A DNA stretch of 60,504 bases, filler included, from Streblomastix strix (Eukaryota): the NCBI GenBank assembly GCA_008636045.1. It is 2 parts of 2 records of this genome, joined end to end, with 100 filler letters (N's around TTAATTAATTAA, not from the genome) between each part and the next. Parts side by side here need not be neighbours in the genome. Positions count along the whole stretch, not along the records: positions 1 to 30,239 come from SNRW01000093.1; positions 30,340 to 60,504 come from SNRW01000094.1. One strand, given 5' to 3'. Positions 28,001 to 40,177 of the stretch are shown piece after piece (position 1 is the stretch's first letter; each line of letters begins with the position of its first letter). The notes below the pieces were generated by a model. It made no database searches and had not been told where the DNA came from. It worked only from the letters and a program-made list of their open reading frames with translations. A program made the translations under genes and the position numbers.

Positions 28001-29852
28001 TGATACATCATTATTCCACATCCATCTGACCAACTCTAAGATAATAATAATAAATAATAATATTAGTATAAAATAATATTATAAACTATCAAATAAAAAT
28101 ATTCAAACCTGATCTCCACTTCTGAATACAAATGGTTCATTGGGTGTGTGATCTGAAGATTTGATCGCTTCCATTTATATTTCAATAAGTGGTTTTTAAT
28201 GGAAGAAATCCATTCGGAAATTCTGACCACCATGGACAGTATCAATTGAATGCTAATGATATATAATATACATAATATATAATTAAATTAAAATACATCT
28301 ATTCTCACAAATACATATATATAATGATAATCACAATTATCAATCCCCCAACTAATACCTATATCTTCTCAGGCGGGTCTCTGAAAGTCAGTTTCTATTT
28401 AGTTCCTGGGGTCAACTAATGTCTCCAGATCTTCCTTCCTTATAGTCCTTGACTTGAAGCTCTGTATTTGCTGTGGTGTTTCTCAAAGAATATGTTGCTC
28501 TGTTCTTTGTATTCCTTCTCCCTCCTCTTCCTTTACTGTTTCTTGATCTCCTGGACTGTTCCTTTCTCCTGAAAAGACGCGATTTGTGTCAGTGCATTGA
28601 TGTCTTCTAGTTTGTTGATGTTGTATGTGGGTCCTTCATACCCATCTAAATACTTCTCTATTGGGTTCTGCGGTGATGATGACAATTGTGAAGGTCTCCT
28701 CATCTTGTTCTGCACACTCGGAGATCTTTCACGCGGAGATGCGGTGAATTAAGGAGAATTGGTCTGAATGTTCGCTGCATTGGATGGCTATTCTTTGTTG
28801 TCCTGATTTTATGCAGGTTATGATATTTTAATTGAGAGCGTTTGATGTGTTTATGAATAATTTTATCCATCCTGCTGGATCTAATTGATGCTGTCCACTC
28901 TACCGAATCCTGGCGCTTGTTGCTATTCATTTGATTACTGAGACATTTTAGAGGCTCTTCTTACTCTGGGTGATCCTCTTGGGGACTATTTGGGGGAAGG
29001 AATTTGTTTTGTATCTTGGATCACTTATTGTTCTTACTTGACATAAGGTGGGGCTGGGGAAGATTGAGCTATTGGGCGGGTAAATTGAGCAGGTATAGCA
29101 TTCATTTCTTCATTAAGTTTCAGTTGTGATGAAGAAATGGGAATATTTTTGAACTCGATTTTAGCAACTCCGCCAGGCGATATCTTAGTTTATTATCCAC
29201 TTGAAGGAGGCGATTATAAAAGAATAGTATGCGAAGGAATTTGTGATGTCTCCTTTAACACTCTGCTCAGTCGTATTTCACCTGCCGTTTTGTCCCATTC
29301 ATATTACAGCATGGCTTAATCAGTCATCGCAGTTTCGAATAACTTCTTCTGCGGAAAGTAAATATGTGTGACATTGTGTTGAGTAGCTCCTATATCATTT
29401 CCACCTTAATTAAATGTTCTTTCAACTGTTTGTCGCACTCCACGTGTCAAGGAAAGTGTGACACTTTGCCCTGGACCACCGCCAGAGCGCTCAGGTATAG
29501 CAAAAAGTGAGATATTTTGCGGTGTTGCTGCTTTTAAAATATCCATGTATATATGTTTGTGTGGTTTGTATGGTAAGAGTTCGCATCCGCCAAAAGCCTC
29601 CTCCTCATCGAGATGTCCATCGTGCTTAGTATCTATTTCATTGAATGTTAATTTTACATCTTCACTTGAATATGGCAACTTATTTTCTTCAGAAAAATTA
29701 ACAAAATCTTCTTAAGTAATCCACGCATCTTTATCCAAATCAAGCGCAGGAAAAATGATTTCATATAGCTCAGGAACAGCTACTGTACCATTTTTCTGCA
29801 ATGATAATGTGGAATAAAAGCGAACATAATTGTTACTAGAAGGACTAGTCAT
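25072..29852 (-). CDS. Large multi-exon protein with N-terminal EF-hand pair
   Basis: ATG 29852; EF-loop-like DLDKDAWITQEDF and DTKHDGHLDEEE; Q/S/P-rich body; several GT-AG introns; last exon DNPDFRVCFRQLRPSDVFESLGEQIDL-TGA (25072-25074). Confidence 0.7.
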
Positions 29853-30239
29853 TTTGAGGCTTTCTACGGGTTTTTCTGATTTAAAACCGTTTTATCAAAA
29901 ATTTCCACTTGCAATTTAGTAATTGACAGAAACGTTGAATATTTTTAATTAGTCAAAATTTATATAGATTGAATTGTACGTTTAATATGATTTTAATGTT
30001 TTTTTTATAAAAAATTTATTATAAATTTTCTACTTATTCAATTATAATAGCTTTTTCAATTGTTTCAAAAAAAAGCTGCTTATTATTCCAATGAAAATAA
30101 AAATCAAATCAATTTAACCATGGCAAATTGAGCCAGATTCCGTGTCTACCAATGTCTACAAAATAACCCCAGCTCATTCGTAAATAAATCGATCGAAGTA
30201 CAAAATGGAACTCGAACATACTTGTAAAGAGTTGAACGG

Positions 30240-30339
30240 NNNNNNNNNNNNNNNNNNNNNNNNNNNNNNNNNNNNNNNNNNNNTTAATTAATTAANNNNN
30301 NNNNNNNNNNNNNNNNNNNNNNNNNNNNNNNNNNNNNNN
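30240..30339. other. Scaffold gap containing an artificial TTAATTAATTAA linker
   Basis: N44-TTAATTAATTAA-N44; the 12-mer gives standard-code stops in all six frames, typical of contig-joining linkers. Confidence 0.85.
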
Positions 30340-30816
30340 GCTTTTAAGATGTAGTATAAGATCATGCTCATATGCATAAGGTCCTATAGGAAAGCAAAAT
30401 AAACCAGGAGCTCCATGATCATCAATGAAAATAAATACATTGTCATCTTTGGTGCTATTTAGTACTTTTTTACCTGCAACTGCTTCACTATCTCCTTCCA
30501 AAATAGCATAAAAGTTTGCTGCTGTAACATCTTTTCTTCTATAGTCAATTCTATCTGAGCCAATATAAACATTGGGTCCTTTTGGCTCGTTGAAAACTTT
30601 TCCAGGGAACGGGTTTTAATAGTCCATGGCTATATCATCGTATGCCATAGTGATGATTTAATCAGCAGGAAACCCATTTTTATTGAGAATATGATATGCA
30701 TGAAAGATGTCACTCTAATGCCTGTAATTCTCAAAAGTATTTGAACCAGCAACAAGAACAGCCCAATTGTCGGCGAAGGATAGGGAAGTGAAAATAATCA
30801 ATATAATTTTCAACAT
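30340..30816 (-). CDS. Legumain / asparaginyl endopeptidase (peptidase C13), 3'-truncated by the gap
   Basis: Signal-peptide-like MLKIILIIFTSLSFA, then DNWAVLVAGSNTFENYRH(TAG=Q)SD, MAYDDIA..NPFPGKVFN, DVTAANF, catalytic DHGAPG. Confidence 0.93.
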
Positions 30817-31299
30817 TTATCTGAATAATTGAAATAAATAAAAGTGTAAATATTACAAATAGCAATCTGTAGAGCTTAATCAGTTAATTTGCATTTATGT
30901 ACTTGAAATCTGGTTCAAATAACACCAGATTGAATGAACGATTTCGGAATAAATAAATAAATATAAAAATTTAAATTGAAAGTCAAGAAGTTTAATAGAA
31001 GCTTTCTATCTCCAGTTACAGATAATTATTCAATCCAAACTATATAATTTTAATTAAAAAAATAAATTATTTAAATCTGCCAATCATATTTAATTGGAGA
31101 TTTTTTGTGAATATTGAATTTCATTTAAAATAATAATTTGTTTTTCTCTCCTAAATAAAAGAAATTCTGAAATACACAAATATTTATGAAGTATTTTTAT
31201 AAATATTTTTGAATTTTTATGTTTACTATATATTATTTTTCTTTATATATTGATCATCCCGAAAATTTTTGCATAACATGTTTTATAGTTCGCCATATT

Positions 31300-34184
31300 C
31301 ATTTCATTTCAAACATTTGATGTTACAATTACTTTTATTCGAAATAATACTTGCCATATTTTTAAATTCAATTCAAAACTCTAATTTCTGCTATAATAAA
31401 AACATTTATATCGACTATTTATTATGTTTGAATTGCAGTTTAAAATAAAAACAACAATAGTACTATATGTGATAGTAGTGGTGTGGAAAAAATATTTGAA
31501 ATATTTCCAAATGTTAACTTGACTAGTTATTAAATGCGACAGATAATTACCATCAAATACCGGTATTAGTATTAGTATAAATTAATTTAAATAAAACGAA
31601 TCCTCAAAGAAAATAAATTATGATGTGAATATTTAATGGAAAAGTAGATATTATGGACCCATGAAATACCAATTGGAATCGATATTCACAACACAGTCAC
31701 ATGTATACTAAACAGTTAAAAAATAATCAGATTTAATCAATGTAGAAATTTAAGGATTAATGGATGAATTAGCGATATATAAAACAGATAGTGCAGCATA
31801 TTTCATTAAAGATTGACCATTTGTTATATATATTTTTGGAGCAAAATTAACATAATTAATTTAATCTGCAAATTCTGAAACACAATAAACTGCATATAAA
31901 AATTTTCTGCTATTTGTCTGTTTATAGTTGTTTATGTAAAATAATTAGCTGTTTATGTAGCATTTAGTGAAATATTGAACACAAATGAATGTAAATTTTA
32001 ACGATCACATATACTTGATAATTATTAGAGTTCAACAACAAATGATGAAGCCAATTGCTAAACAAGCGAACTAAATGCATCGCCATCTAATCCGTTAGAA
32101 CCAGATTCTCGTATTGATGAAGTAATAATAAAGCATGATGAAAAATTATAATAATTTCCAATAAAATAATAAATAATAACTAATGTGTATAATGTACTCT
32201 GTATTGTTAATGAAGACACATATGGGTGGTTCCGCCCTCAGACAACAATAACAATTTTTTTTTATAAAAATACTTATATGAATTACATAAACATTTTTCA
32301 TAAATGTAAATTAAAAAATATTGCCATGAAAAAAAATCATTAGAAAAATTTATGTTCGATTTTTCGATTACTAGCGGCTACAAATTTGAAATAATTGGCT
32401 AATATTAATTTAAAAATTATTTAATAAATATTTAAATATAAATTTTTATGTTTAGGCAACAAGAACCGCTGAAAATTAAAAATCGCGTTGTTTTGCTGTT
32501 TACGACACAAAGCTTGTCAATCACTAATTTATTTTCATTAAATTCCTTATTTTTCATTTTTATTATTTGAATTTAATAAAATATTTAATATTTTTATTTT
32601 CCTGTAGTGCAAAAATATTTTTTTTTTAATTTTTAATTTTGATTTTATTTTTTTTGTCAATAAATATAAAAAATTATAAGATTTATTAATTTGCTAATTA
32701 TATTTATTAAATTTTCAAAAATTTTGTTCTAAAATTGAGATGAAAATTGTGGTAATACAGCTGAAAACGGCAAAATAGCGCGATTTCTAATTTTCAGCGC
32801 TTCTTGTTGTCTAAACATAAAAATTTATATTTAAATATTTATAAAATAATTTTTTAATTAAAATCAGCAAACATTTTTGAATTTGTAGCTGCTAGTAATC
32901 GAAAAATCTTACAAAAATTTTTTCTATTGATTTTTTTTCATAGTAATATTTTTTAATTTAAATTTACGAAAAATGTTTATATAATTCAATTAAATATTTT
33001 TAAACAAAAAAATAGTTAATGTTTGTTCTAGTCGGAATCATCCATATTGAGAATTTATATTTAATCTATATTTTGAATCAAAAGGTATATATGGTTTTAA
33101 TATATAAAAAATTTGGAAGAATTTCTGATTCTATTTTATTAGCTGATGGTAAGAGTTTGAGATTACCTTGCAGTAATATATAGAATAGCAAATGTTGCTA
33201 TAAATTTGAAAGTTAAACTTCTTTACGTTGAATATATTTCAAAGAATGATGGAATGAACTTCAAAAAACTTTCTGTGCGTAACTATAAACTTGAAATAAT
33301 CAATGATTTAGATTTGATCGAAAGCATAAATTCTAAATTTGATATCATTTGGATGTATAAATTAATACAACAAAATTAGACATTAAAGTCAGTGATTGTA
33401 ACACATATATGAATTTCATTTGAATCATTAGATAGGTTATTATTGATTTAAAATTGAATCTGCTAAGAAATAAATTTTTTTATTCAATCCTGAAAAATAA
33501 TTGATCAAAGTTTTATCTGCTGATGTAGTATTTAGTGATCCAACTTTAAGTCTTGTATTCAATATTTTCAGATTCGAACAACTGTCATCTGCGCAGAATC
33601 TTGTTCGATGATTGACACTCACTATCCAGAAATTTTTTTCACTGATCTTTCAATTGAGAGTGATTTAGAAATCTGGATGTATTGTAATCAAAAAATGCAA
33701 ACGTGATATAGAAAGCCTGCAGTTTGTTTAATTTTGAAGATCTGACCAATCAAATAAGAGACGATCCATTCATAACATGTTATGCACTACTCAGATTATC
33801 CACTTTATTTGGCGACCAGGATACAGCATATATAAATTTAATACCTTTCCATACTTTATTAGAAGGTAGAGTATATGTTCCATACTCATAAGACATATAA
33901 AACGTTGAATTTACTCAATCAAATCATGATAGTGACGAAAATGGTTCAAGAGAACATTCAGTCACATAATTCACAAGTTGTTGTAATAAAATTCATGTCT
34001 AGTTTAATTTTCTTATTTTGTTTCATCGTCAGATTGGTGAATCTCATCACAAGCGACAATACATATTTTATTATTAAAATTATTTAAAATAATTTTTTTA
34101 AACAATAGCTGGAGTTGCAATTTTTTTTATATGCCTCCATAGTAAAAACAAGCAAAAATTATAATTTTATTTTTTTATCATCAT
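31300..34184 (-). pseudogene. Degenerate large S/T/N-rich (probably secreted/surface) protein gene, interrupted by a MITE
   Basis: Long stretches open on the minus strand (VSVNHRTRFCADDSCSNLKILNT..., KPYIPFDSKYRLNINSQYVSSLTIQS across the MITE site) with several stops/frameshifts; boundaries approximate. Confidence 0.35.
32223..33044. mobile_element. Non-autonomous TIR element (MITE), 822 bp, ~280-bp imperfect TIRs, TA target-site duplication
   Basis: Left TGGGTGGTTCCG...TTTTTCGATTACTAGCGGCTACAAATT...CGCTGAAAATTAAAAATCGCG matches the reverse complement of 32760-33044 (...CGGAATCATCCA); TA at 32221-32222 and 33045-33046; no coding capacity seen. Confidence 0.88.
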
Positions 34185-36619
34185 AGAAATAATATTATTA
34201 TTTAATTTTTATTATAAATATTTTTAAAAATTATTTCAGATACAATGATTTGAAAATATGGAATTTTCGGCGGAAAGCGTCATAGAAAACAAATATTTTT
34301 AATTTTTCAGTTTTTTCCATCGCATTTATATTAATTAATATCTTTTATGATTATTTTTTTTATATCTATTTAATAATATTTTAAATTAATAAATATTAAA
34401 ATATAAACAAAAATTTTTTACAAAAAATCGATTTTAATTTATTTTTACAGTCAGGCGATGTTTTTCATTATTCGTTAGCATTTTGGTTAAATTCAAATGT
34501 TTAATTTTGCTAAGACATTACAATACTCATCGAATTTCGGTTTTACTTCATAATATAAACCCTTTTTACAAAAATTTTTGACACAAAACTAAGATAATTC
34601 GCTGATACGAGCGGAATTTCGCAGATCTACAATTTGCTCAATAACTTCCCAGATATTTCGTTTTTTTATATTTAACTATCAATATTTTTATTATTGGCAT
34701 AATTACATAAGATACATATTAAAATTATAACAATTTTACAACCAATACACTTGAACAAACATTCAAAAATTTTGAATATTTTAACTTGCAAATTTTAATA
34801 GTGCCAAACTGCAATTGCTGTTCAAACTATGAATGAATGCCAATTTTATAAGTTGACATTATTTTATATTAATACTTATCAGAATTATTACTTTTTTATC
34901 TTTCAGAATCCAAAATTATGTTTGTTTTGACCGTCCTGGCAACCTTTTAGCTTTGCAAGGTTTGTAGCCATTCACTTTTGAAAGATTGTATTAATATAAA
35001 ACACTTTTTATCTACAGACATGTTCAAAATTGGAACGATGCGGATTGGCGTTAGATGAAATTTTAATAAATTATGCTATTTTCTGCAATGAATCTCGGTA
35101 ATTCCTTCATTCTCCACTCAATCTTCTTCAGTCGATTAATTCTCCTCTACATGTCGAAAGAAAATGAAATAGTAAAGGGAAAAGTCCTTGACAATGGCTA
35201 ATTCTTACCCCGTTTTTAAATCTATTCGTTCGCCTAAACAAATATTCAAATTTAAAAATCAATAAAAATGTTATTAAAAATTAATTAAACTTTTATTTAT
35301 TATATGTCCTGAAACGCTGAAGTGTTTGGAATTTTGTGCAGAGCAACAACTCTTCTATCAATTTTGCTTTATTCATTCGGTTAATGAGCCAGAAAGAACG
35401 TTCCTGGAAAGTATTTATCAAAAATCAGACGAATAAAATTTTCAATTAGATCTTCATATTATTTGACTTATTCTGAGTCTAACTAAATTTGGGTATTTTA
35501 TTTAGCTGTCTTTATTTTTAATTCCTAGAAAGGCATTTAAATTTTCCCCGAAAAAAATTATTAGTTTTTTCTACAGTTTTTTACGAACAAATTGTAATTA
35601 TTTACAATTTAAATGAAAATAAATATTTTAAAATTTGTTTATTTTTCTTTTTACATTTAAAAAATTAAATTATAAAAAATTTTAAATAAATACTTAAATA
35701 TAGATAAAACAAAATTTAATTTTAATTAAATATTTAGTTAAATTAAAATATTGTTGTAATTATCATAATAATTATTTAAGATTTTTTTCAATTTATCCTA
35801 AATGTAATGTTTCTTTAAATTAAATTTAAGTATTAGCCCTTTTAGTATAAATCTTTTCTATTCGAAGGTATTCAGAAATTTAGAATAAATTGAATTAATT
35901 TAAGAGAGGCTAATGAGAAATGCTAATGTTTAATAAACTGTGTTTCGCAGCACGTAGGATTGTTTATTTGTTTTGATTTTTGGATTAGAAATATAAAATA
36001 ATTAAATACATTGGTATATTAAATTAATTTTGAAGCAGTGCATACAAATACGATGATTAGCGATTTTCGTAAAAAAAAATGTTTTATCAAAAACTTTAAT
36101 AAAAACCCTCATTGGAGGCTGCTGCCACAACTCATAACTCAAGCACAGCTGTGACATTACCAATTCATACTTTAGAAGTGATTTGACATTCCCCAATGCT
36201 TGCCAATATTGACTATTGCGGGATTTGAACGCATCCACTGAAGAGGTAGTTTCGGATGGCAGCACGATACGCTTCAACCCTAGCAATAAAAGTAAGGAAA
36301 AAAATCTAATTTAAATAAAATAAATTATTTTAAGTATTACTTCGTATATATCATGTTTTGAAATCATAAACAATTAATATTTCTTTTTAATTTTTTGAAG
36401 TGATTATTATTAATAATTATATCTAAAATTAATATAATAATAAATTTTATTATTCATTGATGAAAAAGTGTTCAAATTTGATAAAATAAAATTATTGGAC
36501 TTCATAAAATTTAAATTTTTTATTTTAAAAGTAATTCAACATCAATAACTTAAAGGAATAGTTTGAAGATAAATCTATTTCTTAATGGTATAAGATTTAT
36601 CTTGATAATTTTTAAAAGT

Positions 36620-37170
36620 ATCATGTAGAATGAATAAAGTAGAACGTAAAAACTTAAACTAATCGGAAGGTTTAATAGGAACCATAAAGAATTAAAAATT
36701 TTATCAGAAGTAAAGTTAAGGATTAAGCTGAGATAGTGAAAGAAATTAAATTGAAACCATTAAAAAATATTATTAACCATATTTTCCTCCTGTGAATGGA
36801 CGCTGGGATTTTGATATTGTATTTATATTACATCTATCACTTAAAAAAATATTTTATATATTTATTTCGCATTAATATTACCATCATATGTTTAGTAATA
36901 TTTCCAAAGAAAGATAAATCAGCAAGTGGTCTATTAAAGTGCATACTATAACTTAATTCTTAATAGATTGTTATAAATATAAGATCTTATGGTGAATCTG
37001 CATTAGGAAGTAAGTAGATTAAAAATTTCATAAATGATATTAATATAAATTACTTATACAAAATTCATCTCCATACATTAATAAAAATAGAGAAGTAGAT
37101 TCGGTTGTTTGAACAATAAGATAAGCGTTAAATATAAATAATTAATTACATGTTAATAATGAAATCTTTC
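36620..37170 (+). pseudogene. Retroviral-type (rve/DDE) integrase, Polinton-like, decayed
   Basis: KKYY.PYFPPVNGRWDFDIVF...YLFRINI..LVIFPKKDKSAS...IRSYGESALGSK...SSPYINKNREVDSVV*TIRQAL follows the D..D..E integrase layout; stops and frameshifts present. Confidence 0.7.
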
Positions 37171-37174
37171 ATCA

Positions 37175-38940
37175 TAAAAATTTAAAATTTAAAGTAAAAT
37201 TTCTTGATATTTTAATTTATTTTTCTCCAATGAAATTAAGAAAAGCAGCAAAAGATTTTAGAGATGATTAAATAGGTATAAATTGTGTGTTTTCTTATAA
37301 AGGCTTTCAATTATGAAAATTTTAATGATCTGATTAATAAACTGGAACCTATTATAAAAGAAAATTTCAACTCATCATTAAAGAAATCAAAACCAAGTAA
37401 AAAATTATTATTAAATTTTCCTTGAAGATTTAATAAATAAGAATTAGGAAAATAATAACGTATAAGATACATATATTATGATTAAACCATAAAGGACTCT
37501 AATTAGCTTACAATTTAAATATAAAATTGATATGTTTGTTTTCATGATTATGGCAGCGTGCTCTAATGCTATGAAATATGCTAATGCTTATGAGGATTTT
37601 GATATTAATGGAGTTTATCCTAATTTTGAAGATAATTCATAAAAATTTTATTTAACTGAGAACTATTGGTAAAATAAAGTGAAAAGATATCAATCGTAAG
37701 ATAATCATTAAAGAAGAGATACAACAAAAAATGTATAAGATAGTGATTACGAATATTTCAAACAATTATTCAAAGATTCTAATTGCAAAATATGTGGATG
37801 TAAATTTACATGCAATAATAAACCAACACTTGACAGAATCGACAAATATAAAAGGTCATTCAAAAGATAACGTTCAACCTTGTTTTTTATATTGTAATTG
37901 CTTTTGTTCAAATATAGATAAAAAAATAAGTTAATTGTTCATTTAATTACGTAAATATTGCATAATAAGAAGTTTGCCAACTAATCTAACAGATATTGAT
38001 GTATATCATCTAATCAAGAAATGGATCCCAGGTGGATTATCAAAAGTAATACATCGAATTAATAGATCAAGAATTGATTTTATAAAAAGGTTATAATATA
38101 TTATAGGTAACAAAAAGGTTACAGTTTTGACAACTGATCATCGAATTACTCATGTTGTTGGTGTTGATTTTAATTCCTTGTATCCTAGTGTTATGTCATC
38201 AGAGCCGCATAAATTTATAAAATATACTGGTGGAAAAATGTATATGTGTGGATCATAAACAGGTAAGATAATGGGTGACAATGATCATTCAAAATAAACT
38301 ATACTACGAATAATTAATAGCAATAAGAGATTTACAGCTGATGGTCAATTATTCATTGCAGAAATCAAAGGTCATATTTAAGAGGATTACATTAACGATT
38401 ACATTAATTTCCTACCAATATTAAAGAATTTTGAATCAACAACTGAAAAAAAGGTACTTTCAGTTGTTCAATGTACAATCATATGAAAGATAATAAGATT
38501 AGTACTGATCAAAAATAAAGAAAGTCAACTAATCTATCATCAACGATGGGAGAATATATGGCATTTAGTTCATACTGTTTATGGTTCTTATTTGATGAAT
38601 ATTAATATATTATAAATGGTAAGAAGCAAATAGATTTGCCCAATAAACATGATAAATTTTATTCATTTTTTAAGGAATTTACTAAAAACAGAATTGAAGC
38701 GAAATTAGATCAGAATAATTGATAAGAATAATTCTTCTAGATATTAATGAATATTACTTATGGAAGTGAAAAAACGAATAATGAAAAATATCATAAAGTT
38801 AGAATGATTGATCAAAAACAAGCTGAAATAGCAGCCAATTCTATTGAATATATAAACTAACAAAAGCTAACGAAAGATAATTATGATATATAATTGAATC
38901 CTAAATATCAATATTGCAGTAATCTTTTGCAAATAGAGTT
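37175..38940 (+). pseudogene. Protein-primed family B DNA polymerase fragment
   Basis: KVKFLD...KAAKDF; CKICGCKF..KPTLDRID..KGHSKDNVQPC..YCN; WIPGGLS; VVGVDFNSLYPSVMSS (motif A); degenerate motif B MNITYG; multiple frameshifts. Confidence 0.88.
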
Positions 38941-38989
38941 TTTAAAATTAAACTATTAATAATTGATTAATTTAGATAAAGTTCGATAA

Positions 38990-39270
38990 TAAGATGTACA
39001 AATAAATATATATAATATTTTCATCGTATAATTATCTTAGATCAGTTTCTCCAAGATTAACACCTAAGTAAATTACATGGGTTAATATCCTTAATATTTT
39101 AAACAAATAAGTAAGTCATTAAATTATAAAGAAAATAGTGTTTTTTGTGTGGATTGAATCATAAAATAATTGTGTTACAGTTTTAGATAATTATTAACTG
39201 AATCGTTATTTAGTTGCAATAAATTTAACATTATCAAATAGCATTAATGTGCTATTAATTTAAATTTTCT
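38990..39270 (-). pseudogene. Packaging ATPase C-terminal fragment
   Basis: Homologous to 56605-56850 (…CCAAGATTAAC(A/G)CCTAAG(T/C)AAATTACATGGGTTAATATCCT…). Confidence 0.75.
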
Positions 39271-40177
39271 AATATATGTATTTTCATTAATTTAATGTTC
39301 GCATTTTAGTAAATCTTGCAGCTAAATCCATTGTTAAAAAAGTCATAATTCCAACAAACATCAATTCAATTCCAAGATTCATTAAATATATTTAATGCTT
39401 CATCACTATTTTAACTAATTTTCCATTGATTCAATACTGGTCCTCTAACTTTGGTATTAGTGTATGTTAAATATATTGATGATTCATTCAAATTAGTTTC
39501 TATTCAAAAATCTTTATTAAAATTGGATTTCAGACGGTCATTTGGATTAATTTATAGCTTATTTGACATAATTTCGCTGCATCTGATGTTATGATTAATA
39601 GAAATTTAAGTTCCATTAGGTATTGATTAAACTGTATCTTATGATAAAGTCTCGGTGATTCTTGTAGGAGAATAAGTGCATTAACCTGTAACCACATTCT
39701 TAATTCAATAGACTGAATCAAACCTAATATATGCAAAGTACTCTGCAGTTTTACTTATACCAGAATGGGTACGAAATAGTTAAATTTGAACCAACAGATC
39801 TATATCCTTCTCTTATATTATCAATAATTTGAATATTGAAGATAAAGCTAATTTCTACGGATATCAAGATACAATAGAATAATATAAAACCTTTCATATT
39901 TTCATTTTAACAATGATATAATTATTTGGTTTAAACACAGATTTTTATTATTTAAAATGGTACAAACTAAATTTTATGTAATTAAATTAAAATTGTTTAA
40001 ATTATTCTAAAATTTATTTATTATTCAAGAAATTTGGTTGAAAATATACTTATAAATATTGACATTGTAGTGACTGATGCAAATTAATGCTAAATAAAGT
40101 CACAAAAAAAGACACAAAAAATAACTAATTAATGTCAAGCATTATTTTTAATTAAAATTGGAATATTTGATTAAAAA

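Larger units (their letters stand above)
36620..39300. mobile_element. Internally deleted Polinton/Maverick remnant (integrase + pPolB + ATPase fragments)
   Basis: Integrase, pPolB (+) and ATPase (-) fragments; pPolB and ATPase are in the same relative orientation as, and visibly homologous to, 53.5-55.3 kb and 56.6-56.85 kb. Confidence 0.85.

Noticed and set aside
30284..30295. Palindromic TTAATTAATTAA as a biological site
   Set aside because: Centred in a 100-base N gap; looks like an artificial six-frame-stop linker.
39330..39900. Additional element gene after the ATPase fragment
   Set aside because: Coding-like but interrupted in the frames tried; no assignable motif.
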